A DNA stretch of 64,000 nt, from contig MCFH01000022.1 of assembly GCA_002104945.1 (NCBI GenBank), positions 752,382-816,381 of the forward strand, given 5' to 3'. The position numbers and the translations under genes are program-made. The stretch comes from Piromyces finnis finn. Taxonomy: Eukaryota > Fungi > Neocallimastigomycota. A model generated the notes under the pieces. It was not told the DNA's origin. It was given only the letters and a program-made list of their open reading frames with translations, and did not search any database. Positions 1 through 13,829 of this stretch are shown piece by piece. Position 1 is the first letter of the stretch, and the number at the start of each line of letters is the position of its first letter.

Positions 1-3000
1 TTTGGTGAAAGACCAGGGAAAAGATCGTTTACAAGACTAAGGAAAAGTGATTCATCTTCATCTACAAGCTTAGATAAATTCATATCTCTTAATAATCTCA
101 TAATAATTAAGTTTTCACTATCTTCAGGATTAGCACGCTTAACAGAACCACATGTTCTTAATACAGATAAAATATTTCTAAGACCAAAATCATAGTGAAC
201 TTGTTGAGATAATTGTTCTTCACATAATCTATAAAGAACAAAGAACTTTTTAGCTAAAATAATGTTACTAACGAAACCACTACCAGCAAGCTTGACACGA
301 ATAATAATTTGACGATCTGGAACCATCATAGCTACATATCTGAAATGAACCTTAAGATTTTCTGGTAATTCGACACGACCAGCATAACCTGGATTCATAG
401 TAATGAAAACACCAAATTCTGGATTAAGATCAACAGTTTCACCATCAGTGAAGACAAAGTTCTTCTTTCTTTCTTTCTTAGCAGTAAGAACACAACCAAT
501 TTGTTGAGCAGCTACAGAAAGTACAGGAAGTTCAATACGATTAAATTCATCAAAATCACCCCAACAACCACTTTGAGCTAAACCCTTGAAAATTCTACCA
601 AGACCACGGTAATCCATTTGATCTGAACAATTAAATACAACAACCCATTTACCAAGGGCTTTACCCATATCTTTGACAGTTTCAGTTTTTCCTGTTCCGG
701 CAGGACCAGCAGGAGAACCACCCAATGACATACCCATAGCTTGAGCTAATGTAATATAACATCTATCAGTTAATGGAGTAATAACCAATCTTTCAGTACA
801 ACCTAAATATTCACATTGATATTTGAAATCGAAGTTGGTAATAGAAACTATACAACAATCTTTTGTTTCTTGCCAGTAGAAACGAGCTTGTTTCAACCAT
901 TCAAAATCTTCAGCTGATTTAATATGAGTTTTAAATAATTTTTCAAATACATCACGATGATGGACCTGAATAGTAATGAAAGTTTCAAACTTTGTACGAT
1001 CCATTTTTGTTAAATCTCTTGTGGTAACTTCAATCAAAGAATTTAAAATTTCAGTGATCTTTGTATTAGTAGTAGCCATAAGCTTTTTATCTGATTTAGA
1101 AGCATTAAGTGCCTCTTCACTCATTTGAGTAAATAAAATTTGAAGACATAATAAACCAATTTGAGCTGGGTATTCTTCAAGTAATTTTAAAAGTGGAATT
1201 TCGTTTAATCTACTAACCGCTTCTCTAATGATATCATTAATAGAAGTTTGCATACATTGTAATAATGTTCCTAACCATATTTCAACATTACCTGTTGCTA
1301 ACATGGATTTTGAGATACAAACTTTTTCACCTTCTGGAGATTCAATACCAACAATTCTATCATAATCTTTTTCATGGAAAGTAGCTTTATTAATACTATC
1401 AAAAACACTGAGTAAATGAGCTTGGATAGTGTGAGAATCACTTGCTTGACCTAAAACTTCTAATAAAGCAGGATCAGAAACGAAATAGAATCTTGGGAAA
1501 ATAGTACGCTTAGTTTCCAAATAACCACTAAGTGATTTTTGACATAATTCTAATTGTTCTGATAAATGTGGAAGTAAATTTCCAATAGTTTCATCAACAA
1601 CACAACATTGAATAACATTTGGGTGTTCATTGGCACTACTCATAATTTTACACCATGATTTATCAATGTTACTAAATCTTTTTGATTCACGTGGCATTTG
1701 CTTTGCAATATCACCACCAACAAATACAGCTTCTAAATAAATCCAAAGATTTTGGACTGAAAGCCAGTTTTCAATAACTTCAGATGCAGTACTTAAATTC
1801 TTAATCCAATTTTGAATATCTGCTTTAAATGGAGCATTATATCTATTACTAAGTAGAGAAGCTAATGTCATTAAACTATCTTCCATTAATGAAATAATTT
1901 CAGAAGTAACAGATGGCTTTAAAATTAAATTTCCTCTATTCTTAAATGGTGCTGATACAAAGGCAGTTTCTTCCCATTCGGCAATTAAAGCCTTTAATTT
2001 TGTATCGATATCAGCTTCTTTTACGGCACCAACACATATATCTTCAATATCTTCAGCATGTTTAAGTAATGGTGCTTCTAATAAATTTCTTAAATAAAAC
2101 ATATCAGGATCAATATTAAATTCAACATTACAAAGTTTTTGGATACTTTTCCAGTGTCTAGCTTGCATAGCTTTATTATTCATCATTTCTAATAATGGAA
2201 TCAAGCCAGTTAAATTATCAACAATAGCCTTTAAATCCAAAAATGAATCCCATTCCTTCACAGCTTTAGGAAGCTTTTTAATTTTAGTTTGGAAATCATT
2301 CATATCATTATTAATTTTTTCAATGTCAACTTCTGACCATAGCATTTCATCATAAGTACTCTTTCTTTCTAATACGACATTGTATAAACCATACAAATTT
2401 TGTAATAATTTTAATTCTTTTTTAATTTTTGCTAAAACAGGGAATTGAGTTACCGGTAAACAGAATAATTCTTCACCAGCAGAATATGTTTCCCACTTTC
2501 TGTTTAATTCATCAAATGAACGTTGGAAAACGTTTAATCTTTCAGTAGCAGTTTTTGGTGGAATATTTCCTACCATAGGACCATTTTCTTCATATTCAAC
2601 ACTAAATTCTTTGACATCTTGTGAAAACTTTTGCATTGCTGTTAATAAATCAGCCTTAAAAACTGGTTGAATTGTACAAAGATTAGTTTGAACATCAATA
2701 ACTAATTGCTTCAATTTCTTCCAACTATAACGCAAAGAATCAACCATTTCAGTTTCTTCTTTTGTAACTTCAACACCATGTTTAGTTAACAAAAGATAAG
2801 CTTCTTCAATAGGAGCAACTTTCATATCAATATCAACTTCAGTTTCTCTAATAGTACTTAAAGTTGCAACAGCCATACGAAGATCATCAATATCACTAAT
2901 TTTTCTACTAAGTCTCATTGATTTATTATCAATATATTCCATTAAATCTTCCATATCTTTCTTAACCTTTTTATTTAAATATACACCATATTGAAGTTTC

Positions 3001-6000
3001 CAGTCCTTTGTTTCAGTTAACAAGGCAGTCTTTAATGGTTCAGTTGATATAAGTAATGGGCCAATTTGGGTAGTAGCTTCAATCTCAGATACTTCAATTT
3101 CAATACTTTCATATTTATTAATTTTTTGTTCAAAATCGTCGCTAGTAGGATTCTTTGATAAGAAGTCTTGAATGGTATCAACTTTATTATCTTTCCAAAG
3201 GAAATCATATTTATTAAATTGTTCTCTATATACTTCAATATCTTTTTTAAGAGAAGTAGAAATTGAACTAATAGCCATTGTTACCTTTAATATATCCTTA
3301 TTATTAGAAATTTGATTTATATATTCTGTTGTGTTATGACCAATAACATTTTCTTCTTGTGGATTGTAGCATGACTTCCATGAATAATTGACTTTCTTTG
3401 AAACCTCAACGATCATACTTGCTACACGATTTAATGATGCTTGGATATCTTCCAACTTTGGTTGAATAACAACATTTGGTATATTTAATTCTAATTCTGA
3501 TTGGAAAAATGGATTTTGAGAAGTAATAACTTTACTGTATTGATTATTTGAATAATTTCCTAATCTTTGACGTAATAAATCAAGAGATCCTTTTGTACAT
3601 GAAATCAATGCTTCAATATTTCTTTCTGCAAAATGGCGATAAACATTTTCATATGCTAATCCTAATTCAGGATTATTTTCTATAATAACATCTCTACTAA
3701 GTTCACCAATTAAATCTCTGGTGGCACTTTCAATTAATTCACTCTTCGTCTTAATAATACCAACAACAGCAGTACATCTTTCTTCAGTGTTATTAACAAA
3801 TGTATCAACGGTCCATTGTTGATTTTCTTCAGGAACTTTACATAAAGCTAATCTTGAAATAATTTGAAGATTTTTATTTATACGGAATTCAATGATATCA
3901 TTTAACATATCAACTAATTCAGATAATTTTGTTAATTGTTCATTACAGGTATTTATATATAATTCTAAGTTAAGAGAAGTCCTATATGATGATTAATAAT
4001 ATCATTTTATATTAATAAATATATAAAATATTAAATAATTAATATGTATTTAATCTTATTTGATATATTTATAATTAATTTAATAGTTTTTTCTTTTTTT
4101 TGATACATACCATGTTAATGCTGTTAAACCAGGATGCAATGTTTTGTCTAATTGATCTAAATGTTGAACCATTGCCTTTCTTAATATTTCTGGAATACTT
4201 TGAACAACACGACTCTTTCTTTCTAATACTTCTTGAAGCTTTACATACAAGTCTTTATAATAAATTTCTTTTAGACAAATATTTTTAATTGAATCTGGAA
4301 CTTCAAGATTTAATCTTTTCATGGTTTTAGCTTCTTTAATTAATTGAGTAATTTGAGGATCAAAGTTAATAAATATATTACTACGAGCATCAGAAACAAG
4401 AAGAGTAGCTTGTAAACCTGTTTTGGCTTGCTCAACAACAGAGAACCATGATCTATACCATAAAATTTCAAATTCAATTAAAGCACCAGCTAATCTGTTA
4501 TAATTACGAATATGTTTTTTAGATTCTGGTAATTCAAGAATTGATGTGTATTTACTAAATTGTTTCATTGGGTTTTCAATTCTTCTATATAATTGTCTTG
4601 CCCATAAAATAGCACCAGAAACTGGTGGAGCATTTCTTGGAATTGGTGGACTATCTTTATATTTTTGATACAACTTTCTAACACCTTCTAAATCCTTTCT
4701 AGTATAATGGGCAAATATTGTATGATATTTTGATTCAAGGTCTAATTGAATACCTTTGATTTTATTGAATTTTAAAATTAAATCAAGAGATTGTTCTGTA
4801 GATGAAATATGTTCAAATGATGAGTCAATGAAATTTTGTAAGTTTGCTTCGAGATCTGAAATTTGTTTTCTGAAACTTTGATAATCAGAATCATATTCCT
4901 AAATTAAATAAAAAAATACAATAGTATAAACATAATCAAAAAGAATTAGAATATAATAATAATAATAATAATAATAACAATAAATACGTGTTATTTTAAA
5001 ATAAAAATAAATTTTGATGTTTTACCATTTTTCTATGATCTAAAATATCATATGGTTTTCTTTGCATTTGACCCATAATATTCGAAAATCTTTTAATTAT
5101 ACTTTCCATTCCTTCAATTCTTAAACTCTCTAAAGATGAGAATCTTTCTATTATATTAAACATATCAATGATCTTTTGAATACGCTTACAGAAAGCATCG
5201 AATTTTCCAAAAATATACATTTCACTAAAATCGAATTGCTTTTCATTTGGAGTTTCTTGTAATTTTTTCTGATATTTTTATAAATATTTTTAAATAATTA
5301 TTTGATGTTAATATTTAAAATATATTATTATATATTATACAAATCTAACTAATGTCTATTTAATTTTCTTACTTTTGTTTCATGGAAATATTTTTGGTAG
5401 GCTTCATCTAATTTTATACATTCTTTTAATTTTTTAACTAATGTTGTTCTTTCTTGGTCCCATACTTTTGAACCATCCTGTAGATTTTTAAATGTATTAG
5501 TATTAAAAATTCTCATACATTATATGACTATGTTTAATCTATTAATTACCTTATATATATATTCTTTACAACTATTTATCATTTGATTAGTAACTTTTAC
5601 AAAAAGAGAAGTCATTCTCTCAGAAGTATTATAATAACGTGATATACTTTGTATTTAAGAAATAATCATTATAAGTTGTTGTTGTTATTTTTTAATAAAA
5701 TATTCATTAATATAAATGATATTTTCTTAATTACTCACCAATAAATCATTTTAATTGCGTTAATTAAACCAGGAATGGATGGAATCATACCAACAGGGTC
5801 ACTTCTATATAATGGTTCGCAAAATCTTTCAAGGGTATATAAATATTTAACATTATCCTAATAATAATAATAAAAAAAATTTTTTACTTAATAACTTTCT
5901 TTTATCTATAATATAAAAACGAGAATAAAATCATACTTTTGATTCATTTGCAGCATCTGTAACTCTGTTATCTAATTCCTTCCATGTTTTTAATAGATTT

Positions 6001-7299
6001 CTTGATTTACATGCATTTAATATACCAATAACCTTTTTGCAGGTTGAACTCTTTAACTGATCTGTAATACTATTAAATTTAACCATTCTAGCTTTCCAGT
6101 GAGCCAATTCTGCATTTGGACCAATGTCATCTGCTTCTTTTCTCATTTGTTCACTTTCAGCTAAAACTTGTTCTATCTGTTTACACCATTCTGATACAAG
6201 TTCTATGATAAAAATTTAATTTAATTTAAATCATTACGAATTAATAAATATTAATAAAGATATTATTATTATCAAAAAATAATAATATAATAATATTTAT
6301 ATATATAATTTACCTTCTAAAACTTTTAACATATCTGGATTATGGACAGCATTTGCATAATCGGATGGTTTTTCAATATTTGATAAATCAATTGTACATT
6401 TCTTTAATTGAACACTGCCACGTAAGCTAATCATTGCTAAATCAAGATCAGTAACAAAATTATCTAAAGTTTCCATAAATTCAGATACACATTCTTCTTT
6501 ATGATTATTTAAACTTCCCCAATTATCCTTTTTTTATTATTATTTTTAATATTAATGTTTATATTTAATAATTTATTGGATTAATAATTAAATAAATATG
6601 TATAAATAATATTAATCTAATACTATAAGTATTAACAACACAATATTAATATGTATATAATATGTACTTGTGCTTTTAAGGCTGGCATAATAATATTTTT
6701 AACCATAGATAATAATGAAGGCAAAATACTTGGTGATAATTTTCCAAAACATAAATCTTGATTTATATTTTGTTGGGTTATTGCTTTATTTGTTGTTCTT
6801 ATAAAATATATACCATCACCAGTAAATTTAACATCAGAACCATTTGATACAACAATACCTTCAGATGAATTATCATCTTCATCCTTTTAATTATTAATAA
6901 TTTTTAAAATTATTTAAAGGTAAAAAAAAAAAAATTAAATATTAATATATTTAATTTATAAATTTATATATATTAGTAATTGATGCATTGATTATAACAC
7001 AATATTTTTAATATTACTCTTGGTTGCCAGAACAATAATAATTTTTTTATTCCATTTTCGGCAAAAAATGAATTCATTAAATCTACCTGAGGTGATGACA
7101 CCTGCATTAATGAATTTTCTAATTGATTTTCATTTTTGTCTTCCAATATTGATGCAAATTTTTCTAATAAATATCTATGACGAAAATCAATACTTATTTC
7201 CTTCTTTTCATATATTGACGGACTATCTACTTTTTTATTTTTATTATAGGATGGTATAATATTTCCTAAATTTGAGTTTATACCTTTTTTATTTACCAT
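1..7299 (-). CDS. DNAH5: Axonemal outer-arm dynein heavy chain, gamma/DNAH5-DNAH8/ODA2 type; 5' part, about 10 exons, continues past the left edge
   Basis: Minus-strand translation gives the AAA1 P-loop [68 protein letters not shown] and the tail motifs [15 protein letters not shown] and [13 protein letters not shown]. The N-terminus DFRHRYL..KLLLFWQ resembles DNAH5/8. GT-AG introns join the ORF-track pieces (4080-4673, 4996-5220, 5931-6146, 6973-7299). Orthology within DNAH5/8 is by recollection, not search. Confidence 0.95.
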
Positions 7300-8630
7300 T
7301 GTTAAATATTGAATATAATAGTTTTATGTAAAAAAAAAAATGAAAAAAATTGATAACTTGTAAAATTGTTTCTTCTTTTAACAAGAAGAAATTGTAATTA
7401 ATTGAATCTTTAAATGTATTGCTATTATTGAAGTATAACTATCATGTATTAATTGAAAAAAAAAAAATAATTAAAAAAAATATCTACAATAAAATATATT
7501 CAACTTTAGAAAGTTGAATTTTATATAATTTATTTAAAAAAAAAAAAAACTATATAAAAATAATTGATTTTCAAAGATAGTTTATAATATAACTATAAAA
7601 CTATCCTTTAAATCTATTATTCTTACAATTTTTTTTCTTTCTTTCCTTCTAAATTATTTATTAAATAAAATATATTAAAAATGAAAAAAAAAAAAAAAAG
7701 GAAATTTTTCAAAACTAATATTAATTATTATACATATTTAAAAAAAAAATTTTTCCATAATAATTTTATAATTTTTTATGATTTAAACTTATTTTAATTT
7801 AATAATTCAGTATTTATTAGAAATAACTGTGTGTGGAATATGAGAATATGTAGATCGAGTATTATTTAGAATATTATTAAATTAGTAATTAGTAAAAAAA
7901 AAAAAAAAGTTTTTTTTTTAATTGATTTATTATTCTCTCATTTTATTTAATATAATTATTTGTAATACTGATATTAATTAAATAATGTTTATAATTTATA
8001 TCCTATTTTTTTTTTATCACTTATAAATTTGTTTATTTTAATTTAATATATAAATGTTTAGATAGCAAAAATAAAGAATACAAACATAATAATAAAAAAA
8101 AATCGTAAATCGGAGTTTAATAAATAATGATTTTTATGTTTATTTTTTTAATTTTAAAAACTTTAATATTTATCCATCCATTTTCAAAAAAAAAAAAAAA
8201 TTTAATATTAAAATAATTTTCAAAAATTTTTGAGACAATTCAATAATTAAGAGTTTAATTTTTTATTATACTAAAATAAGTTATTTCTAGTATCTAATAA
8301 CTTTTTATAAAAAAAAAAGTATTTATTTTTTTTTAAGTATTATTCGACTTATCCATTTTACGTTTAAAAAAATGTATATATTAATATAAAATATATATAT
8401 ATATATATATATATATGTTTTTTTATGAATAATAACCTATTTAATAATCTATATATTAACTAAAATATTTATGTACAAATAAATTTCTATAATAATATCT
8501 TTAAATATATATATTTTTTTATATAATTCAAAACTTTTTATTTCTATTTTCTAGTATATAATTATATAATTGGGTATATTTAATATATAAATTTTTAGTT
8601 TTTACAAATTGAAAAAAAAAGGATAAATTT

Positions 8631-11600
8631 CTAAAATTCTTCTTGAGTATCCTTTAAATATTTTTGTATAGCTTCTAATCTTGCATCAATATCAATTTCT
8701 TGAGAATCTATGTTGTTTTAATTTAACATTTTATTAGTTAATATAATTTAACTTGAAAATATTATATTATGAGATTTGTAAATACCATTTATATCATATG
8801 AATTCCATTGATTATCTTTTTCTGTTTCAATATTATTAGTTTCATTATTTTCTTCTTTTAAAATAAAATATACAAAATAGAAAAAAATAAAATAGTCAAT
8901 ATTATTAATTTTTTATATATAAATAGCATTATTAATATATAGTTCAATTAAATTTTTTGAAAATATTACCTGTTGGAATTTCTTCAAAATCATTTTCATA
9001 TACTATTTTTTTTAAAAAAAAAAAAATAAATAAATAATTGTCTTAATTTATTATTGTTTAATTCTTAAAAATTTAAGTTATTATTTAAAATACTTACAAT
9101 ATTGAGATTCATAATCAACAGTATTGTTTTCTTGGGTCGATGGTTCATCATATATATCTTTAGTCTTTTTAATTATTACTCTTTCAGTAGATTTACTTTT
9201 TACTTTATTAGGGATTTTTCTTACAGAAATTGTACTTTTATTAATATTTTTTATTTTATTCGCTTGGCTTGAGACCTTCGAGCTAGCATACTTTTTAGGA
9301 GCACTAGAATACGATAAATTCGTTGTACTCATTTTTCTACTATTTATGGATGGATCTCTACTATATTTTACGCTTGAAAGAGATGAATTTCGAGATTTTG
9401 TCACCTTTGATGTCGATCTCTTTTTACTTGGTTTTACCGTATGTTGTGATGATGTATATGATATTTTCGATAATGAATTATTTCTAGAACTTTTTGTTAC
9501 ATTATTTCTTACCGTTGAGGAACTTCTATCATACTTTGAGCGATATGATTTTGGATCTGAAATTGAATTCTTTTTGGATATGGAATTACGATCAATTGAT
9601 TTAGATCTTGATGAATATAGTGAATTTGAACTATTATTGTATTTACTATTTTTCTTACTTAAACTTCTCGTTGATGATGCATTTGATGTTAATCCTAACG
9701 AATTATTCCTTGAATATTTTGACTTTATTGAAAGTTCACGACTATAAATATTAATCGGTTGTTAAATGTTAAATATATGAATAAATATAATTACTATTAT
9801 ATCCGATATTTCATATATATATATAATATCAAAAATATAGTTTACCTTCTTGCTCTTCTTTCTTCTAACTTTTGTTCTCTTTCTCTTACATATCTATATT
9901 TTATTTATAAATATAATATATATATTAATATATTAAAGAGATTTTGAAGATAATTTCATATTAATTTATATATTTACGCTGTTGGATCAAAACGTTTAAA
10001 TGACGATACAGAACTAGTTCTACTGGTATTTCCTATACCAATATTAATATAAATATATTTTGAATATAAATCGGAAAATTAATAGCATTTTAAAAGAATT
10101 TTTTTATATAATTACTTTTGGTTTTTGATTTTTCTCTAGTCATATATGAAGGTTTTAATGGTCTTGATTTTATTATATTATAACCAGAAGACTTTACTTC
10201 TCTAAAAGAAGAATTATAAAGAGATTATTATATTAGCAAATGAACACCTTTGACTATTAAAGTAAACATTTATAGAATTACTTTTTAATTGAAGATATAG
10301 ATGATGATCTTTGTTTTGATATTGAAGATGATGAATTCTTTTTTGGCAAACTTTGTTGTCTACTTTGTAAAATTTTAATTTTACTTTTTAAACTATCAAT
10401 TTGCTCATCTTTTGTTATTAATTTGTCTTCTAAATTTTTTTTATCATTTTCATATTTTGACTTTTTTATACATATAAATAGTATGTAAAATAGAATTATT
10501 AATATTTTTAATTTACTTAAATTTATTAATTGAAATATGAAGTTTTTTTTAATATGTTACATACAAACGCTTGTAATATATATTTTTGTAATGTTAATAG
10601 TTTGTCATTAACAATAGATTGCATTCTTCTCTGTTTATATAATTTTATTATTGTTTCAAATTCTTTTTTAACAAAATGTGTAATACGATTCATTTTAATT
10701 TCGACTTTTTCATCATTATCATCATTATTCATCATGATCATTGAATTTTCATGTCTAAATAAGTTTTATTTCATATATATTTTTACAATTATTATCTTGC
10801 AATTTATTTAGAAATATAATTTGAATAATTTAAAAATATATAATGTTCATACGCCAAATCTTGTAATTGTTTCATTTCATATTTAAGTTTATCATTTTCT
10901 CGAAGAAGCTTTATCAAAAAAAATTATTATAATATATTTAATTATAGTTCTAAAATATTCTTTATATAATTATTTAATATATAAAAAAAATAGTTAACCT
11001 TTGAAATTTCACTAATATTATTTTCTTTTTCGTCTTTCAGTAATTCAATTTCTCTTTGCAATTTTTCAATTAATGAAATACTACTGACATCTTCATCGAA
11101 ACCTTGAAATGTTAATGGTAATGGATAATGAACTCTAAGTATATATATATATTAAGTAATGGTTCCATTAATTATTCAAAAAAAAACTATTTTTTTTTAT
11201 CAATTATCCTTTAGTAATACCTATCAAATGCTGCTGAATATGTTAAAATTAAAAATAATTTATTTTTTGATAACTTATTACTTTCAGTAGTATCAACTCT
11301 TCCATCATCACCTCTATTTTCTCTTAATTTTTTTACATCATTTAATGTTAATAAATCAAGTGTCACAGTTTTCGAACTCTATTTAAACAAAATATATATA
11401 TATATATTATATAAATTTTAAAGATTATTTCCTCATATAGATATAATTGACATATTAATAAATAGTTATTAACCATTTTAATTGCAGAGAAAAGCATTTC
11501 TACAAATACAGAAAATTTCTTAAAGTTTCCTGTTTTCTTTGTAATTTCTTCAACATCTTTAATATACGTAATTAAATATTAAAAAAAATAGATATATTTT

Positions 11601-11882
11601 TATATAAATAGCCTTTTAATAACCTGATGATATATTTAAAGAAACAATCAAAATATTAAGAAATATTTAAATATATGATAAATAATATTTACAGTTATTA
11701 GTATATTTTCCTTTCCATATTTCATTGGTAGATTCTTTTTTGATACTAATAACTAATGATTCCTTTGAAGATATCCCAACATCTTTTGACAGTAATGCAT
11801 ATGCATTCAAAATATATTCTTCATTTTTAAAAGTTATTAAAACTTTTTCGCTTAAATCAAATATATCCTCTTCTTGTATCAT
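8631..11882 (-). CDS. CCDC61: CCDC61/VFL3, SAS-6-family centriole/basal-body protein, multi-exon
   Basis: Spliced exons read WKGKY..EEITKKTGNFKKFSVFVEML, SSKTVTLDLLT, KLFLILTYSAAFDRVHYPLPL, then coiled coil, FKRFDPTAYVREREQK (about 9975-10000 plus 9834-9890), a Ser/Arg/Lys-rich exon (about 9084-9745) and C-terminal IDARLEAIQKYLK ending at TAG 8631-8633. These match the head, FDPTA and IDARL motifs I recall for CCDC61. Confidence 0.88.
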
Positions 11883-12569
11883 ATGTATAATAATATTTCA
11901 AATAAATTCTATTAATGAAATAAATTTTCAACAACAAAATATTTCAAAATTGTTTAATTGTAATGTTCTATTTATCAGATATTGTTTATTATTTGATTTT
12001 TCTTTTTTTTTTTTTTTTTTTACAAAATATAAAAATTTTTACTATTTCAAAAATATCGGTTTAAATTGAAATTTTAGTTGAAATTTGAATTGAAAAAAAA
12101 AATTTTTTTCAATACTTTAATAAAATACAATACTTTCTTATGAAAAAATAATAAAAACTTTGTGATTAATATTGCTTTTAAATTATTAATAATAATTAAA
12201 TGTTAATTATTATTATTAAGAGAGTTTATTATTTCATTCAATTTGTAATTTATTTTCCCAAGATAGTTTCCTTGTAATTAGTAAATTATTCGCAAAAATT
12301 TTTTGATATTTTTTTTCCTTTTACTTTTCATTTTTTTTTTTTGTTGTTTTTTTTTTTTTAATTTTTTTAATTTTTAAAAATATATTTATGAAATACAATT
12401 TATATTTAATATATAATATCATGTATAACAAAAAACTTTATTTACTAAGTATCCAAATAATAAAAAAAAACATATTATATACTTTAAAAAAAACTTTAAA
12501 ATTCAATAATCTGTATTTGAATAAAAATTATGGATTATTTTTATAAATTTATTATTATATAATAATTTA

Positions 12570-12933
12570 CACGTGACCCATAGTTAAGGTGTATTTTACA
12601 CCTAACCTGATAAACTAATAAATTTAGATTTTAAAATTGTTAGAACATTAGGGGGCGGTTGACACGTGATCAAATTGACTATAAGAGGCTTAGCATTGTA
12701 GTTGTGAAATATCGTACAACGACATGCATCTAATGTACATGGATTAAGTGAGCGTCGAAGCTGAAGAAACAGTATGACAGACCAGGAGGGTCACAACCAC
12801 CTAGCAATAGGAATGAGCCAACGTTTCTCTAAGAACCACCATTGGAGCTAACTCTGATCGATGGGAGAAATGCACTCGGAAGTTAAAAAAAAAAATTAAA
12901 ATTGTTAGGGTTTGAACAATTTCTTTTTTTTTT
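12570..12933. other. GC-rich non-coding island, candidate structured ncRNA with upstream promoter-like motifs; unassigned
   Basis: Visibly much higher GC than its flanks, stops in all six frames. Plus-strand hairpins CCTA-GCAA-TAGG (12800-12811) and CGTTTCTC..GAGAAATG (12822-12872) enclosing further stems; terminal AAATTGTT..AACAATTT stem followed by T10 (12924-12933). No known family confidently matched. Confidence 0.35.
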
Positions 12934-13829
12934 ACATAATCAATATAAATTTTTATTTCTTTTTTTTATACTAAATGTATTATATTCCTTTTTTAAAAAA
13001 TTATTACTATAAAAAAAAATTTTAATTACTCTAAAAGATCATTATAATTACATGATAACTTATATCTTTTCTTTGAAGCTTTTTTTTTTTATGCTGTATA
13101 TTAACTAAAATGATTTTTTATATTCATCTATAAAAATATAAACTATTATAAAAAGCATGAGCATTTATAAATATTAAAAATACAATATTTAAATAAATTT
13201 TGTAAAAATCTGTGAATAGAAATAAACAGACTTTATGAAATTAAACTGATTATTAGAAAATATCGATAATTCTTTTTAAACACAATATATAATGTAATTA
13301 ATTCTAATTTTAATTTGATTTCTTTTTAAAAAAAAAATTGATTTTATAGGAATGATAGCATTCCAATTTTAAATTGATATTTTTCTAAATGTGTAACAAA
13401 ATGGTCAACTCATTTTATATCATTATAGAATCAAACACTCATCTATCTAAAAGGTTAAACTTTATTTCAATTGGTAACATATTATTTATTATTTTAAATA
13501 AAAAGATTAATTGTAATATCTTTATAAATTAATTTTAATATGTCTACTAAAATTAATTATAACCTTTTATGGATAAATTATAAGAGATTATTTTTTTTTC
13601 TTTTTATTAAATAATTTCTTTTTTTTAATTATAAATATTAATAGTAATGGCTACTCTTACTAATATATAATGAGGATAAAAACAGAAATATATTATAACA
13701 TATTGCATATATGTATTATTAACCAACCATAATTTGAATAATTAATATATTACTACTGCATTTAAAAGAATTACTTTTTTGTACTGTACTTTTTACTGTT
13801 TTTTTCCAGACTTGAAAATATATCACGTG
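12570..13829. promoter_or_regulatory. Cluster of three CACGTG E-boxes plus a GGGGCGG GC-box in a divergent intergenic region
   Basis: CACGTG at 12570, 12663 and 13824; GGGGGCGG near 12651-12658; TATAAG near 12680. Function is inferred only. Confidence 0.3.

Noticed and set aside
3032-3238. 68-aa ORF, plus 4100-4288 and 7020-7259
   Set aside because: Off-frame or antisense overlaps of dynein exons.
9124-9747. 207-aa hydrophobic plus-strand ORF
   Set aside because: Antisense shadow of the Ser/Arg/Lys-rich CCDC61 exon; the hydrophobic look comes from complementing AAA/TCA-rich codons.
12700-12890. Assignment of the GC island to RNase MRP, U3, SRP, U1 or a hammerhead ribozyme
   Set aside because: MRP: a CR-V-like word is present but no CR-I (GAAAGUC[CU]CC) partner. 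U3: box B-like word but no proper box C or terminal box D. SRP: helix 8 loop consensus missing. U1: no AUACUUACCU. Hammerhead: CUGAAGA is not followed by a stem and GAAA.
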